Of a stretch of 64,000 nt of DNA, positions 9,916 through 20,205 are shown piece by piece. Location: NCBI GenBank assembly GCA_965207885.1, contig OZ242311.1, forward strand, positions 3,840,001 to 3,904,000, given 5' to 3'. The notes under the pieces are model-generated. The model was not told where the DNA came from. It saw only the letters and a program-made list of their open reading frames with translations, and searched no databases. The translations under genes were made by a program, and so were the position numbers. Numbering within the stretch: position 1 is the stretch's first letter; the number at the start of each line of letters is the position of its first letter. The stretch comes from Candidatus Latescibacterota bacterium. GTDB taxonomy: Bacteria > Latescibacterota > UBA2968.

Positions 9916-12384
9916 ATGAACACAACCCTCAAATGTGTTGCACCCGTCCTGCTCTGTTTCTTGCTCTCTGCACCGCTTGCCGCCCGTGAAGCCCAGGTTG
10001 ACTCTCTCATTGCCCGGGGACAGGCTGCCTTTGAAGACAATAAAAAAGACCAGGCCATCAAAGCACTCACAGCAGCCATTAAACAGAATCCCGATAACAT
10101 TCAGACCTACCTCGCCGTTGCTCCCATATACATCAACGCGGGATATCTGGACCACGCGATGAAGGCATTTAAAGAGGCCCTCAAACTCAATGATGCCTCG
10201 CCAGAAGCCCAGACCGGCATTGCAGATATCTACTATAAAAAAGCTTCTGGCGGGATCATGGCTGTTTACCATGCTCGCAAAGCCGTCAGCGCGGCCCGGC
10301 GTGCCACCCGGCTCGATCCCACCTACGCTCCTGCCTACATCCTCCTCGGTCGCGCGTACATCCGCCTGAATGAGAACCACACCGCTGCCTCGCGGGCTTT
10401 TGCACAGGCATTGACACACCAGCCCGACAATCCCGAAATCGCCTATCTCCTGGGCACTTCCTATATTGAACTGCGCCGCAACGCCCAGGGCCGTCAACGC
10501 GACAACCAGACGATCCTGAGCGAATCCATCCTCAAAAACCTCGAATACCACCTCGAAAATGCACGCTTCCTCCCCATCGCCGCGCAGATCCTCTTCGATA
10601 AGGGAGAGCCGGAAAAAGCACTCAACGTCTTTGAACAATTCATCGCCACCCTGCCCGAAACAGAACGGACCTATTACGACGACATCGCCAGGGTAGGTAC
10701 CAAAGAAGAACTCAAAATCTACGAAGAAACCCCCGAAGCCGAGCAACCCGCCTTTCTCGAACAATTCTGGGCAAAGCGCGATTTTGATTTGCTCACCGAA
10801 GTCAACGAACGCCTCATCGAGCACTACCGCAGGGTGTGGTACGCGCGGAACCACTTCGCCGAAGCCAAAACACCCTGGGATGCGCGGGGAGACATCTACA
10901 TCCGCTACGGCGATCCCGACTACCGCGCGCGTTCTGGCAGAGCCAATCCCGAAATCACGCCCGCCGTAGAACAGGTCAAAGAACGCCTCGCCCTGGCCCT
11001 CTACGGTCCCGAAGCCATGGACGAAGTCTTTACCGGACCGGTCTATCCCATCCGTTCCAACCAGTCTTTTGTGGGCGAACTCGATCCTGCGGCCCTCGCA
11101 CGCACCGATGAAGGCGGCAATATTCTCGTCCCCCCCGGCACAATTGAAGGCAACCTGGACGAATTCATTCTCACAGAAGCCCTTGGTGCAGATGGAGAGG
11201 CAAGCGGTGAAGTCGGAGAAATTGGGCAGTTGGCCCTCGACGAATACCAGCGGCGGCAGACGCGCCCCGAAAACCAGCATCACTTTCTGCCCGTCACCTC
11301 ACGGGGCGACATGACCATTGTGCCCTGGGAAACCTGGGTTTATACCAATATTGGAGAAGGCATCGAAATCACCTTCACCAACGAGTTGGGCAACGGTGTT
11401 TACAACTATGCGCCGCTTCCCGACTTTCCCCACGAAGAAACCACCATTGGCCTGCACCGGTTCTCCCTGCTCGCGTATTACGCCCCCGAGGCCATCGCCA
11501 ACCGCACGGTCAGCGAAGTACCCGACTTTTACACGCCCGGCGGCCCCATGTCGGGCCTCGGATTCCACTACGATTTTGCCGACTTTCGCGGATCAGATGG
11601 CACCACCCGCCTGGAGATCTACTACGGTATTGACCCCGTGGAAATGGGCACCTTTGCTTCGGGCGACACCTCCACGATTGTCGCCGACTGCGCCGTCATC
11701 CTGGCCGATACCTCCTACACCAACGTTTACCGCGCACAAGACGCCATATTTTTCCGGTCTATCGGCCACCACATGTGGCCCGAAGGCTCCTTCATCCCCA
11801 CCCTCATCCCGATAGACGTACCCCCCGGCAACTACCTGCTCACAGTACAGGTCAATGACCGCGCTGCCGAACGCAAAGGTATTTATCGCCATCAAGTACA
11901 GGTTGAACCTTACCAGTCCAACGCCTTGCAACTCAGCGACATCCAGCTAAGCTGGAACATCTCGGAAAACCCGGGTGACGAAAAATTCCGCAAAGGCGAC
12001 GTATGGGTCGTGCCCATGATCTCCCGCGCCTACCAGAAAGACCAGAGTGCCTATGCCTACTACGAACTCTACAACCTCACCCGAAACGAATTTGGGCAAA
12101 CCCGCTATCGCGTCACCTATACCATTGCCGTGGAAGATCCAATACGCCCCTTCAATCTGGTCCGCAGCAGCGTTGGTGCTCTTGCCAGTATATTCCAGCG
12201 AAAGGACAAAACACAGGTCACAGTCAGCTTCGAACAGACCGGCAACGAACAATCTACCACCGGGTATTTTGAACTCAGCCTGAAAAGAGTCAAAGCCGGT
12301 TACAACCGCCTCACCGTCACAGTCGAAGACCTCAACAATGGACAAAAAGCCGCCAAAGAAATCCAGTTCAGGTACAAAAAATAG
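9916..12384 (+). CDS. GWxTD domain-containing protein with N-terminal TPRs
   Basis: Signal peptide, TPRs, FW..RD...NERLIEHYRRVWYARNHF...PWDARGDIYIRYGDPD, WETWVY, C-terminal LSDIQL...YYELYNL Ig-like region. Confidence 0.88.
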   Translation: MNTTLKCVAPVLLCFLLSAPLAAREAQVDSLIARGQAAFEDNKKDQAIKALTAAIKQNPDNIQTYLAVAPIYINAGYLDHAMKAFKEALKLNDASPEAQTGIADIYYKKASGGIMAVYHARKAVSAARRATRLDPTYAPAYILLGRAYIRLNENHTAASRAFAQALTHQPDNPEIAYLLGTSYIELRRNAQGRQRDNQTILSESILKNLEYHLENARFLPIAAQILFDKGEPEKALNVFEQFIATLPETERTYYDDIARVGTKEELKIYEETPEAEQPAFLEQFWAKRDFDLLTEVNERLIEHYRRVWYARNHFAEAKTPWDARGDIYIRYGDPDYRARSGRANPEITPAVEQVKERLALALYGPEAMDEVFTGPVYPIRSNQSFVGELDPAALARTDEGGNILVPPGTIEGNLDEFILTEALGADGEASGEVGEIGQLALDEYQRRQTRPENQHHFLPVTSRGDMTIVPWETWVYTNIGEGIEITFTNELGNGVYNYAPLPDFPHEETTIGLHRFSLLAYYAPEAIANRTVSEVPDFYTPGGPMSGLGFHYDFADFRGSDGTTRLEIYYGIDPVEMGTFASGDTSTIVADCAVILADTSYTNVYRAQDAIFFRSIGHHMWPEGSFIPTLIPIDVPPGNYLLTVQVNDRAAERKGIYRHQVQVEPYQSNALQLSDIQLSWNISENPGDEKFRKGDVWVVPMISRAYQKDQSAYAYYELYNLTRNEFGQTRYRVTYTIAVEDPIRPFNLVRSSVGALASIFQRKDKTQVTVSFEQTGNEQSTTGYFELSLKRVKAGYNRLTVTVEDLNNGQKAAKEIQFRYKK

Positions 12385-12399
12385 AGAGATGGCAAAATC

Positions 12400-12434
12400 A
12401 AAAAAAGGCGACCGAAAAACTCGGTCGCCTTTTT
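12400..12434. terminator. Bidirectional intrinsic terminator
   Basis: A-run, AGGCGACCGA-aaaac-TCGGTCGCCT, T-run, between convergent genes. Confidence 0.9.
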
Positions 12435-12453
12435 ACATGCTCAACACAACGAA

Positions 12454-13395
12454 CTAAAAAGCGAAGCCCATCCCAAACCGCAAGGGTTGATTCAGATCGT
12501 GTTTGGACTGCTGCCAGGCCACATCCGCCGTGATCTTTGTCCCGGCCAGGGGCAATTTCACGCCTGCACCTGCTGTAAGCCCAAAGGAATCGTAGCGGAA
12601 CATATACCCTCCGCGCAGCGCCAGTATATTGCCCAGCCAGGCTTCGCCGCCCACATGGTAGCGCTCTTCCCAGTTGATCAGGAAGTTCATTTCAACCGCC
12701 CCGGTGATATAAAACGGATCGCCTTGCTGTCCATAGACCTCGGCAGCGGTTCCCAGATTGAACGACAGGGGTTGCTGGAACTGTCTTCGCAAAACCTCTG
12801 TGTCCTTTCCAAAGTTCCGCAGTGCCATTGACAGCCTTAGGCTGCCAAGCCCGGTGTAGAACTTGGTGCCAAAATCCACGTTAAAAGTCGTGTGGTTGGT
12901 CAAGTCCAGATCCTCGCGAGCCAGCATAAATCGCACGCCAAAAGACAGCTTGTCTGTGAACTTGCGGCTATAGATGAGACTAAAGGCCGATGTGCCCAGG
13001 CTGAGCGTTCGACCCGTGCCTCCCGGCTGCAAAATCGTGGTCTCTTCCACATCCTCTGGCTTAAAAGTCAGGATGCTGACCCCGATGGTATGCACACCGC
13101 TTGTATAAGCTATAGCCCCGGTGTTGAATGTAGAATTTACGAACCACTGCGAATGGCTCAACGACACTTCCAATTTCTCCACGCCCGTCATCCCGGCTGG
13201 ATTCCACCACGCGGCATTGACATCGTCTGCGGCTGTTGCATAAGCACTCCCCATTGCTACGGCTCGAGGGCTTTGCGCCACCGCAAGGGGCGAGAAGATT
13301 GTCAAGTCCGGCCGCTTAATAAGCCCACCTGCATATGCTGGAATAGCCATCAATGTCGTGGCGAGCATGCAGATGAGAAAAACTTTTTTATACAT
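12454..13395 (-). CDS. PorV/PorQ-family outer-membrane beta-barrel protein
   Basis: PRAVAMGSAY.A.ADD..A.WWNPAG signature, alternating beta strands, terminal Phe. Confidence 0.85.
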   Translation of the reverse strand: MYKKVFLICMLATTLMAIPAYAGGLIKRPDLTIFSPLAVAQSPRAVAMGSAYATAADDVNAAWWNPAGMTGVEKLEVSLSHSQWFVNSTFNTGAIAYTSGVHTIGVSILTFKPEDVEETTILQPGGTGRTLSLGTSAFSLIYSRKFTDKLSFGVRFMLAREDLDLTNHTTFNVDFGTKFYTGLGSLRLSMALRNFGKDTEVLRRQFQQPLSFNLGTAAEVYGQQGDPFYITGAVEMNFLINWEERYHVGGEAWLGNILALRGGYMFRYDSFGLTAGAGVKLPLAGTKITADVAWQQSKHDLNQPLRFGMGFAF

Positions 13396-13416
13396 ACTTG
13401 CACTCCTTATTCAGAG

Positions 13417-13445
13417 GGGCGATAGGCAGAGACTACCCATCGCCC
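13417..13445 (-). other. Intergenic GC-rich stem-loop without U-tract
   Basis: GGGCGAUGGGUAG-UCU-CUGCCUAUCGCCC on the mRNA strand. Confidence 0.65.
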
Positions 13446-13450
13446 GCCGG

Positions 13451-15955
13451 TTACCTGACAGATCCCCCAACCACCACAAATGTCCCGCGCTGGATCTTTC
13501 CGTTACTCTCTGGCGTCAGGGACTTCACCACGAAGAAATAGACCCCGGCTGGAACCTGTCCCGTCACCGCCTTGGTGAGCTGGATATATTCCGCTTCTCC
13601 AACCGCTGGATTATCGTGGTCAAACTCCGACATCAGATCTCCGGAAACCGAGAAAATCTTCACATTGCACTTGGACGGCAAATTCACGAATCGAATTTTA
13701 TCCGACCCCTCATAGGCGTGAGAACCATCGGCCAAGAAGGGATTGGGCACCACCGACACCTTCGCTTCCAGACGTTCGGCCTCTGCATAAGCGGCCACTG
13801 CCGGGCTCGTGGGGATCCACGAATACCGGAAGAACTGCTCGGGAGCAGCCAACCCACTCTCCAACCCGCTTTGTACCGACTGCTGTGCAGCCGGTGGCAA
13901 ATCGGACAGCGTCCTGGTGCCATCGCTGCTGGTCCAGGTGCTGTGACCAGTGTCATAAGCCGTCACCGCATAATAATAGGCAAATCCAGCCAGAGATGTA
14001 TCGTCGGTGTAAGAATACCGATCACCTTCTTTGTGCGCCGTATCTCCGACCTTGATATCCTTCAGGAGTTGCCAGTTGTCGAAGTAAAAATCGCTGCGGT
14101 AAATCCGGTAACCAGCAATATCCTTGGCTTCGGCAGTACCCGCATAATCGGGATCTTCCAGATCGTCGATACTCTGCCAGCTAATTTTGGCAGTAGCTGC
14201 CGGTGTATTCGCGATCCAGGTGTGGAGATCCGGCGGCGGGAGCGGCACGTCGCCGCCCAGTTCGTACATCGCCTGAGCGTGCTGCGCGTGCTTCATCAAA
14301 TTCCGCATGGCCTTGTCCGTGTGCAAATCGGCCTGATTCTGCGGGATATTCCGCTGCCAGCCCCACATATTTTCCTCTACTGGCATCGATGCTGTAAAAG
14401 CCATCACGATCTTCACGCGGTCGCCCCTTTGCATATCGTAGGGACCATACGTGTGAGAAAACGCATGCCAGTTGGGCGACATGGGTTGCTCAGGGGTCTC
14501 GCCCCGTCGCGTGGGATTGTCCTGCACCGGCAGAGGTGCAGTCGGATTGTCCGGCCAGCCCGTGCGTCCGGCGATATTGTACATACTCACCCGCTCGCCC
14601 GGGTTAGCCACCGACACCAGCGCAATACCGATCTCGTCGGTGCTATGTCGGTTGATATCCGGTTCTTCCTTGTGAGTGAACCACGGCACGGCAAAGGGCT
14701 GCTCTGCCACCTTTGGAGCTATGTAATTTGCGTAGTCGTCGTTCACAAAAGGCGGCGTATAGTCAATCGGAATCGCCCCCACGTACTGCCCAGCCAGGAG
14801 TTCTCCGCGCTGTTGGAAGTTCACCCGCCCCCAGCAGCACTGGTTTTCGGGCTGATGGGGATCACCCGCATCGTCGTGCGCGGTCAGCGGAGAGTCCCAG
14901 TCAAAAGCGTAGCTCATCTTCATGCCCACTGCGTCCGCCACATCCGCGTGATTCGGGTCGGCTGTCCCGTAGTTGGCCGCCTCGGTATAGCGGTACACAT
15001 CGTCCTGGATCACATCGTAGTTCTCCGACTCCTGACGGCGCAACAACCAGTAGTAATAGCCCCGCGCTCTATCTACGCGGTCTCTATTGGCCGTGCCGCC
15101 TTCCGTGGGCCAGAAATAGTTGTAAAACGCAAAATAAACATCCTTGAGATTCAGCCCGGCACCGCCGTTGAGATCGGCAACGCCATCGCCATCGGAGTCT
15201 CCGGTATTCTCAAACACATTCTCCACAATGATGAAGTCATCCCAGTCCCGAAACGTCCACTGGTAAATCTTCTTTGTGCCTTGAATACCGGCCTCCGTCG
15301 TCCACTTGGCGATCGCCACCAGTTCTCCAAACCGCTTGTGCTCCGGCTTCATATACGTGTGAAAATCCCAGTTGTGAATCTCCACAATATTGTCCGAACC
15401 CGGATGCGGCTGCCCCGGCCACCAGTTCTTGGCTTCCGCTATCGGAATCCCCTTGAGCGGGTGCTGAGGGTCCATCCCCACACCCAGTTGCCCTTCGATT
15501 TCCGTACTCACCGGATACGCCATCGGCGTGATGTCCGGGCTGGTGGTCAGGCTCGTAAACGATACCACGAGGTCTTTTCCACGCGAGGGGGTGTATTCTG
15601 ACGGGTCGGGCCTGGTGATAATAAACGTTCCCAGGCTCCGCGCCGTGGCCGTTCTCAGCAGGTAATTTTGCACCCACTGGTTGGACCCCGGCCATCCGCG
15701 CCTATCCCACAAACTCCCTGGCAAGCGGTTCCGCCCCGGATAGGCCACGCCCTCCATGCTGGCGCGCCGGCTTCCATCTCGATCGGGACCGTGCATACCT
15801 GTGTTCATCAGCCCCGTCCAGAGCTTGCTGCGCCGCAGGTTGCGCCACGGCAACCGAGGAATATTTTGAGCGGCTACCTCGCAGGCCAGCGACATCACAA
15901 AGATTCCCACAAGGATTGCCCCGGCCGTGCGAGAAAATTTCGCATACATTTTCAT
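13451..15955 (-). CDS. Secreted protein with Fn3-like region and T9SS-type C-terminal sorting domain
   Basis: Signal peptide; GYRIYRS...YYYAVTAYD (Fn3-like); C-terminal VSVVPNPF...IRFVNLP.KCNVKIFSVSGDL...GVYFFVV. Confidence 0.8.
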   Translation of the reverse strand: MKMYAKFSRTAGAILVGIFVMSLACEVAAQNIPRLPWRNLRRSKLWTGLMNTGMHGPDRDGSRRASMEGVAYPGRNRLPGSLWDRRGWPGSNQWVQNYLLRTATARSLGTFIITRPDPSEYTPSRGKDLVVSFTSLTTSPDITPMAYPVSTEIEGQLGVGMDPQHPLKGIPIAEAKNWWPGQPHPGSDNIVEIHNWDFHTYMKPEHKRFGELVAIAKWTTEAGIQGTKKIYQWTFRDWDDFIIVENVFENTGDSDGDGVADLNGGAGLNLKDVYFAFYNYFWPTEGGTANRDRVDRARGYYYWLLRRQESENYDVIQDDVYRYTEAANYGTADPNHADVADAVGMKMSYAFDWDSPLTAHDDAGDPHQPENQCCWGRVNFQQRGELLAGQYVGAIPIDYTPPFVNDDYANYIAPKVAEQPFAVPWFTHKEEPDINRHSTDEIGIALVSVANPGERVSMYNIAGRTGWPDNPTAPLPVQDNPTRRGETPEQPMSPNWHAFSHTYGPYDMQRGDRVKIVMAFTASMPVEENMWGWQRNIPQNQADLHTDKAMRNLMKHAQHAQAMYELGGDVPLPPPDLHTWIANTPAATAKISWQSIDDLEDPDYAGTAEAKDIAGYRIYRSDFYFDNWQLLKDIKVGDTAHKEGDRYSYTDDTSLAGFAYYYAVTAYDTGHSTWTSSDGTRTLSDLPPAAQQSVQSGLESGLAAPEQFFRYSWIPTSPAVAAYAEAERLEAKVSVVPNPFLADGSHAYEGSDKIRFVNLPSKCNVKIFSVSGDLMSEFDHDNPAVGEAEYIQLTKAVTGQVPAGVYFFVVKSLTPESNGKIQRGTFVVVGGSVR

Positions 15956-15981
15956 GTCATATCCTCTGTCTAAGTTTATAT

Positions 15982-16012
15982 CCGCGGTGTGGGCACTGTG
16001 CTCACACCGCGG
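15982..16012. other. Intergenic GC-rich stem-loop without U-tract
   Basis: CCGCGGTGTGGGCA-ctg-TGCTCACACCGCGG. Confidence 0.7.
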
Positions 16013-16024
16013 TACTGTGCCTGC

Positions 16025-19000
16025 TTACCAGGTCAACCGCAGCCCTGCAAATACCAGGCGCGGGTTGGTCCTTGTATATCTGCTCAACTCACTGGCATCG
16101 CCGCCAAACTGCATGTACAACGGATTGGTAGGCTGTGATTCAAGCAATCCCCACCGCACGTAGTCTGGGCTCGTGGATGCCGAGCCTTTGAAATTGAACA
16201 AATTTTCGACCTCCACATAAAGCAACGGGCGGATGCCCCTGATGTTGAACCCCTTCTGGAAGCTGAAATCAACCGCCGAGATCGTGGGACCCTCTTTCTT
16301 CAGGTTCAAACTGGTTCTCGGATCCTGATAATCGAAGATTCGTCCCGTGAAGATACGGTAGATCATGTTCACCCGGACATCGCCAAACAGCTTGCTGCCC
16401 CAGAACATCTCACCGGGACCAAAATCGGGCGGGCTGGCGTAAATCAGTACCAGGCTCCCATTTGTCCGCGTGGCATCGCTGCGCCCGCCTTCTACACTCC
16501 AGCCCGTCGTCGAAAAGGCGTAAAGCCCTCGCAGTGCTGCCTGTTCCTCACTGGACAGCCCGCTCTGCTCCCACAAGGGATAAAATTTCCCATCGTTGGT
16601 CGCGTACATCGCGCCCACGCCGAACTCGCCAGCCAGACCTTTATCTACTACCTCCTGCGCCGCTGCCTTCAGTTCCTCCAGCTTGGCACCGGTCGGCGGA
16701 GCGGGGACCTCTGCCCCCGTATTCGGGTCAATCGTGTAACTGACCCAGTACCGGTTGGGATCGGCAATATAGGATGCGTCCGGATAGATGCTGGCACCCA
16801 TATTGCCCCGCTTGGTACCGCCAATGGTCAGGCGCTCACCCCAGCCGAGGTTGAGTGCGGCTTTAAACGAGAAGTTGTGCTTCAACCCCTTCTTCAATGC
16901 CAGTTCGATGCCGCGGGTCGTGGTGTGGCCCCTGGGACCCTGCGAACGGGTCTTGGCTTTGCCGCCAATCTGCGGATCGCGGAATACCGCACCATTCACA
17001 CTCAAAAATCCATTGGTAATGCGGTAATAGGCAGTGCCCTGGAAGGAATAATCGCTGATGAAATTCCACTCCGTGCCCAGCTCAAAAGCCGTAGAGACCT
17101 GCGAATGCTGCAAAGAGAAGAACTCGTCGATTACAAAGCCCGCGCCAAATGAGTCGTTGCGGACCAAGTTGTTATTGTACTCTTCAGCACTGATGTTTCC
17201 ATCGTTGTTGCGATCGATCGAGTGCGGTCCCGTCGCCCGCCAGTTTTGCTGGTATATCCGGCGGAAATCCGGACGGGTGTGGAATTTTCCGTAGAAGAAG
17301 TGAATCTTCGACTTGGCCGTAATCGGGTGCGAGATTCCCACCCGGGGCATAAACCAGTTCATCGGCTGCATATTGCCATACGTCACATGATTCCGGAAGC
17401 GCGTATAGTTGTAACCCATTGGCGCGCCCTGGTAGGGATAGAGGGGGACCTCACCGCCGCTATACCGCTCGTAGCGGAATCCCGCATTGATGATCAGCCC
17501 TTCAAACTCCATCTTGTCCTGTACATAAGCGTGGAGTTCGGTGGGTGTAATTCCCTCACCTGGTACATATCGCTTGCCCCAGTAAATCAGCCACCGATTC
17601 CGCTCATCCACATCTTCGAAGGTCTCGGTCTTCCAGTTGTTGTAGCGATAAAACGTAAAACCGCCCTTCAGGAAGTGCGTGCGGGTCACCTGGCTGGCCA
17701 GATCGAATCGCGCTGCCAGCTTATTCTGCTGTCCAACGCGAAGATCCCGTCTCTGACCGGAATCGGCGTAGTACCATCCGTCGTTGTCTAAGGAAGGGTT
17801 CACCGTCGTACTGGGTATATCAATGGTGTCCTGCTTGCTGGCAATATACGACAGCCGCACTTCGTAAAACGTCTTTGCCGATAGGGTGTGGATGCTGGAC
17901 ACATAGAACATGTTGTCCGTCACCTGCCACTCACCCCCATAGCGTCCGCGTTCTTCCAGAAAAATCGCCCTGGAATCGAAACTATCTGCATAGCGACCTT
18001 TGCGGCTGGAATACAGCCCACCCGCACGAAGCTTGATATCCGGTGTGGCGCTATAGGTCAATTTATAGCTCACATCCGCGTTAAACGGCTCGCGCTCAGT
18101 CGGCTGGGGCAGGTTCCGCGCCTGAAGATCGTGCTTTGTAGTGGCAAAGAACGACAGATCGCGGTTAATAGGTCCCGAAAGCGACGCCTCTAAAAAATGC
18201 CCTCGCACATCAGTATAATCGCTCGAAGGCCGCTGATGCACCTTCCGGCCATTGGCTGTTTCATTCTCCCATTCGGGATTGCCATATTGCAATCGGCCCT
18301 GATGCACGAAGCTCTCGTAGGCATTGTTGCCCCAGTGCTTCTGTTGCGCTGGCGAATATCGATAGTGAAACTGCCCGTGGTAATCCCGACCGCCATCTTT
18401 GGTGACAATCTGGATAGAGCCGGTGTTGCCGTATTCGGCATTCAAACCACCAGCCAGCACCGTGATTTCTGAAATCGCCGATGTATTGACGTCGCCGGTC
18501 CAGTTCTGCGTACCTCCACGAGTACCCGTCCCGCGCCGACCATCCGAGTGCGTCAGGCGCACACCATCTACCACATACGCAGCCACTTCGCCGCCATCAC
18601 CACCCAAAAAGGCATTGCGGATCCGATTTGTGCCATCGGTATTGACACCTGCCTCCAGCTCGATAAAGTCATTCAAGTCGCGGATAATGGGCAGCACCGC
18701 AATATCCTCGGCTGTCACCACATAACGGCTCTCCGTCACATCTGCCTCTACCGGAGGCCGCTCTGCAATCACTGTCAACTCACCCAGTTCCAGAGCCGCT
18801 TCATTGAGGGAGAAATCAACTGTCGTCGTCAGATCCGATGCAACCCGCACATCGGACTTGGTCGCACCCGTGTACCCGACCATCGACGCCTTCACCGTGT
18901 AGCTCCCCGGATCAACGGAAAGAATAAAATAATACCCCTCTCCATCGGTTGTTGCCCCACGGGTCGTCCCCTCCACCAGCACGTTGGCACCCGGCAGAGC

Positions 19001-19120
19001 CTCTCCAGCCTTATCCACGATACGACCGGTAATTTTTCCCGTTGTCGCCGCCTCGGCCAAGCTGACAAAACCGAGGGCAAAAATCGCAACGAGAACAAAA
19101 CCCAGACATTTTCTGTACAT
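16025..19120 (-). CDS. TonB-dependent receptor with carboxypeptidase-regulatory-like N-terminal domain
   Basis: GKITGRIVD..GEALPGANV, plug (YVVDGV...GGLNAEYGN), AYVQDKMEFEGLIINAGFRY, PRVGISHPIT, terminal aromatic residue. Confidence 0.92.
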   Translation of the reverse strand: MYRKCLGFVLVAIFALGFVSLAEAATTGKITGRIVDKAGEALPGANVLVEGTTRGATTDGEGYYFILSVDPGSYTVKASMVGYTGATKSDVRVASDLTTTVDFSLNEAALELGELTVIAERPPVEADVTESRYVVTAEDIAVLPIIRDLNDFIELEAGVNTDGTNRIRNAFLGGDGGEVAAYVVDGVRLTHSDGRRGTGTRGGTQNWTGDVNTSAISEITVLAGGLNAEYGNTGSIQIVTKDGGRDYHGQFHYRYSPAQQKHWGNNAYESFVHQGRLQYGNPEWENETANGRKVHQRPSSDYTDVRGHFLEASLSGPINRDLSFFATTKHDLQARNLPQPTEREPFNADVSYKLTYSATPDIKLRAGGLYSSRKGRYADSFDSRAIFLEERGRYGGEWQVTDNMFYVSSIHTLSAKTFYEVRLSYIASKQDTIDIPSTTVNPSLDNDGWYYADSGQRRDLRVGQQNKLAARFDLASQVTRTHFLKGGFTFYRYNNWKTETFEDVDERNRWLIYWGKRYVPGEGITPTELHAYVQDKMEFEGLIINAGFRYERYSGGEVPLYPYQGAPMGYNYTRFRNHVTYGNMQPMNWFMPRVGISHPITAKSKIHFFYGKFHTRPDFRRIYQQNWRATGPHSIDRNNDGNISAEEYNNNLVRNDSFGAGFVIDEFFSLQHSQVSTAFELGTEWNFISDYSFQGTAYYRITNGFLSVNGAVFRDPQIGGKAKTRSQGPRGHTTTRGIELALKKGLKHNFSFKAALNLGWGERLTIGGTKRGNMGASIYPDASYIADPNRYWVSYTIDPNTGAEVPAPPTGAKLEELKAAAQEVVDKGLAGEFGVGAMYATNDGKFYPLWEQSGLSSEEQAALRGLYAFSTTGWSVEGGRSDATRTNGSLVLIYASPPDFGPGEMFWGSKLFGDVRVNMIYRIFTGRIFDYQDPRTSLNLKKEGPTISAVDFSFQKGFNIRGIRPLLYVEVENLFNFKGSASTSPDYVRWGLLESQPTNPLYMQFGGDASELSRYTRTNPRLVFAGLRLTW

Positions 19121-19142
19121 CGAAAAGCCTCCTTAGTAAAGA

Positions 19143-19841
19143 TTACCAATAGTACTTAATTCCACCCGACAGATCTATCGCCTGCATGGGGAAGACTTTT
19201 TCCAGCCCCCAGTCCTCCAGGGGACGGAGTTCGCCCATAATCACATTATACCGCAAGCGAAGATCGATCACAAATTGTTCGGACCCCGCGATGCTAATCC
19301 CACCGCCAAATGAGAACGTCAGTGCCGCCACCTTGTCGTTGAAGTCGGGATTCATAATGCTGGTATCCAGAGATGTTCCCGATTGCCCGGGAAAAATCAA
19401 TCCCGACACCTCGTTCGAGAATCCGAAAAACCCGACGCCGCCCATTATATAAGGCGATGTGCCTTCGCCCAACTCGTTGAAATGGAGCAGACCGCTGGCG
19501 GTCAGGCTATTGAACGTCACGCCTTGATCGACATTTGGGCTGCGGTAGTTCTGGCTATCAATCGGCCAGGTGAACTCGCGCGTATCCAGATCGCCGCCCA
19601 GCATCGAAGAATAGTGATACTCAATCTCGGCGACAATCCTCGACGAAGCTACATAGTTATAGCTAATCCCCAACTTGGGAGACGCAGAGTACCACTCGCC
19701 AAATTTGAACAACGGTACATTTGCACTCCCGAAAAACCCGATCCCCGACTGGCCTTCTTCTAAAGCTTCAGCCGTGGAAACCGAAATTAGAACCGCCCCA
19801 GCGAGGCATAGTGTTCTAAACATCTCTCTCAACATCCGCAT
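19143..19841 (-). CDS. Outer-membrane beta-barrel protein (OmpA-like transmembrane domain)
   Basis: Start MRMLREM after SD AGGAGG; signal peptide; PYIMGGVG; terminal GIKYYW. Confidence 0.8.
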   Translation of the reverse strand: MRMLREMFRTLCLAGAVLISVSTAEALEEGQSGIGFFGSANVPLFKFGEWYSASPKLGISYNYVASSRIVAEIEYHYSSMLGGDLDTREFTWPIDSQNYRSPNVDQGVTFNSLTASGLLHFNELGEGTSPYIMGGVGFFGFSNEVSGLIFPGQSGTSLDTSIMNPDFNDKVAALTFSFGGGISIAGSEQFVIDLRLRYNVIMGELRPLEDWGLEKVFPMQAIDLSGGIKYYW

Positions 19842-20019
19842 AAGCTGGCCCTCCTTTGAGATGGAAAAAAACACAAACACAACACGGTATCGCACTCAAT
19901 TCAAATACCCCTCCTTTCTCCGGCTCAAATTTATTTATAGAACTTATTTTTGCGTCGCGGAAATTTACCTAATCTAATAGCCAGTTAAATACCTATTTCT
20001 AACTTTCAGGCCTGATTAC

Positions 20020-20070
20020 AAAAAAAACCATCTATACCATTGCCTTCCCGCTGGTTTTTAGACGGTTTTA
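20020..20070 (-). terminator. Terminator-like hairpin between LacI and the outer-membrane operon
   Basis: Minus strand AAAACCGUCUA...UAGAUGGUUUU ending in a U-run. Confidence 0.5.
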
Positions 20071-20205
20071 ACTCCAAACTGATGAATGAAGATAAACTAT
20101 TGACTATTATTTACTTATGTAAGATTTCTGACACAGACACACATTTGCACTTATATCACAAATAATATGTATTAAAATTTCTCCCAATGTCAAGTGTTTT
20201 TTCGA

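Noticed and set aside
13358-15601. 747-aa plus-strand ORF (also 9826..11283, 30331..31572, 45239..46831 and similar)
   Set aside because: Antisense or off-frame shadows of well-supported genes; no recognisable motifs; expected from biased codon usage.
20020-20070. Cobalamin riboswitch upstream of the TonB operon (GGGAAG in the loop)
   Set aside because: The other conserved B12-element segments are not visible; an Rfam scan would be needed.
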